Assembly (NCBI GenBank): GCA_040005255.1
Contig: JBDTZJ010000001.1
Coordinates: 1-36,928, forward strand
DNA length: 36,928 nt
Direction of reading: 5' to 3'
Source of the DNA: Sphingomicrobium sp.
GTDB taxonomy: Bacteria; Pseudomonadota; Alphaproteobacteria; Sphingomonadales; Sphingomonadaceae
A program made the position numbers and the translations under genes. Positions 36,395-36,928 of this stretch are shown here, one piece after another. How positions within the stretch are numbered: the stretch's first letter is position 1; each line of letters begins with the position of its first letter. The notes beneath the pieces are model-generated. The model made no database searches. It was given only the letters and a program-made list of their open reading frames with translations, and was not told the origin of the DNA.

Positions 36395-36847
36395 ATGTTT
36401 GGAAAGCCGCAGAAAGCCGCGGCCGAGATCGACCGCGAGGTCAGCAACGTTCTCGATCTGCACTGGCTGCTCATCTTGGGCCGGGTGGCGATCACCTTCA
36501 TGTACTGGTTCGCCGGAATTGGCTTCCTGCTCGATTTCCCTGGCGCGGTTGCGATGGTGCACAGCTTCGGACTCGAGCCAGCTGCCTGGCTCGCCGGGCT
36601 CATGATCTTCGTCTTGCTCATCGGCTCGGCTCTTGTCATTGATGGCCGGCTGGTGTGGCTAGGCGCGGGGATGCTGGCCGTGTTCACCCTCGCCACGATC
36701 CCCCTGATCCATCATTTCTGGACGATGACCGGCCAAGCAGCGGTGCAGGCCCGCCTCGAAAGCGAAGAGCATCTGACCGTAATTGGCGGCCTGCTACTGG
36801 CCTCGATCCTGGCGCACCTCGAAAATCGAAGGCGGCGTCGGACGTAA
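36395..36847 (+). CDS. DoxX family membrane protein
   Basis: LAVFTLATIPLIHHFW, EHLTVIGGLLL. Confidence 0.85.
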   Translation: MFGKPQKAAAEIDREVSNVLDLHWLLILGRVAITFMYWFAGIGFLLDFPGAVAMVHSFGLEPAAWLAGLMIFVLLIGSALVIDGRLVWLGAGMLAVFTLATIPLIHHFWTMTGQAAVQARLESEEHLTVIGGLLLASILAHLENRRRRRT

Positions 36848-36860
36848 GGCGGACGATCGG

Positions 36861-36928
36861 TCAGCTCGCGGTCACCTCCTTCACATTGTCGTCGCTGTTG
36901 CGGTCGATGTAGAAATTATAGGGGTCGA
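36861..36928 (-). CDS. 3' end of a gene entering from the right, possibly an M1 aminopeptidase/ABC-permease fusion
   Basis: Minus strand reads DPYNFYIDRNSDDNVKEVTAS-stop. Confidence 0.55.
   Translation of the reverse strand, partial: DPYNFYIDRNSDDNVKEVTAS

Noticed and set aside
36333-36856. Site-like fragments around doxX (CTGTCACCCG-CCACCC-AGCTGGACGG; minus-strand arm TCGTCCGCCTT at 36846-36856)
   Set aside because: Wrong arm length or single arm only; plausible by chance in GC-rich DNA. The same applies to lone arms near 17616 and 23062

Overview
GC-rich alphaproteobacterial chromosome segment, most likely Sphingomonadaceae (inferred from gcrA, a PEPxxWA-CTERM protein and the repeat types). 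The housekeeping backbone is rimO, ugd, a second nucleotide-sugar dehydrogenase, a priming glycosyltransferase, parE, gcrA, argD, hslO, queC, queE, lipB, hemF and glnB. It is interrupted by patches of short accessory genes (about 650-3620, 14270-20810 and 26820-27430). Main observation: these patches are punctuated by a 28-bp site, consensus ATGTCCGCTTT-C(C/G)ACCC-ATTGCGGACAT. It has two imperfectly inverted 11-bp arms around a conserved asymmetric 6-bp core. There are 9 clear copies and at least 2 degenerate ones, all in the same orientation, often right at stop codons and bracketing one- or two-gene units. This resembles a gene-cassette system using a tyrosine-recombinase-type site that is neither attC nor dif; no recombinase gene is in the window. 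Also seen: a separate dif-like XerCD site (12768-12795), a palindromic MITE-like repeat with a partial copy translated in frame inside rimO, no argF between argD and hslO, a suhB/MmgR-like sRNA candidate, a CtrA box, an EcfG-type promoter and several small ORFs missing from the ORF track. All calls were made by eye; no searches or computations were run.
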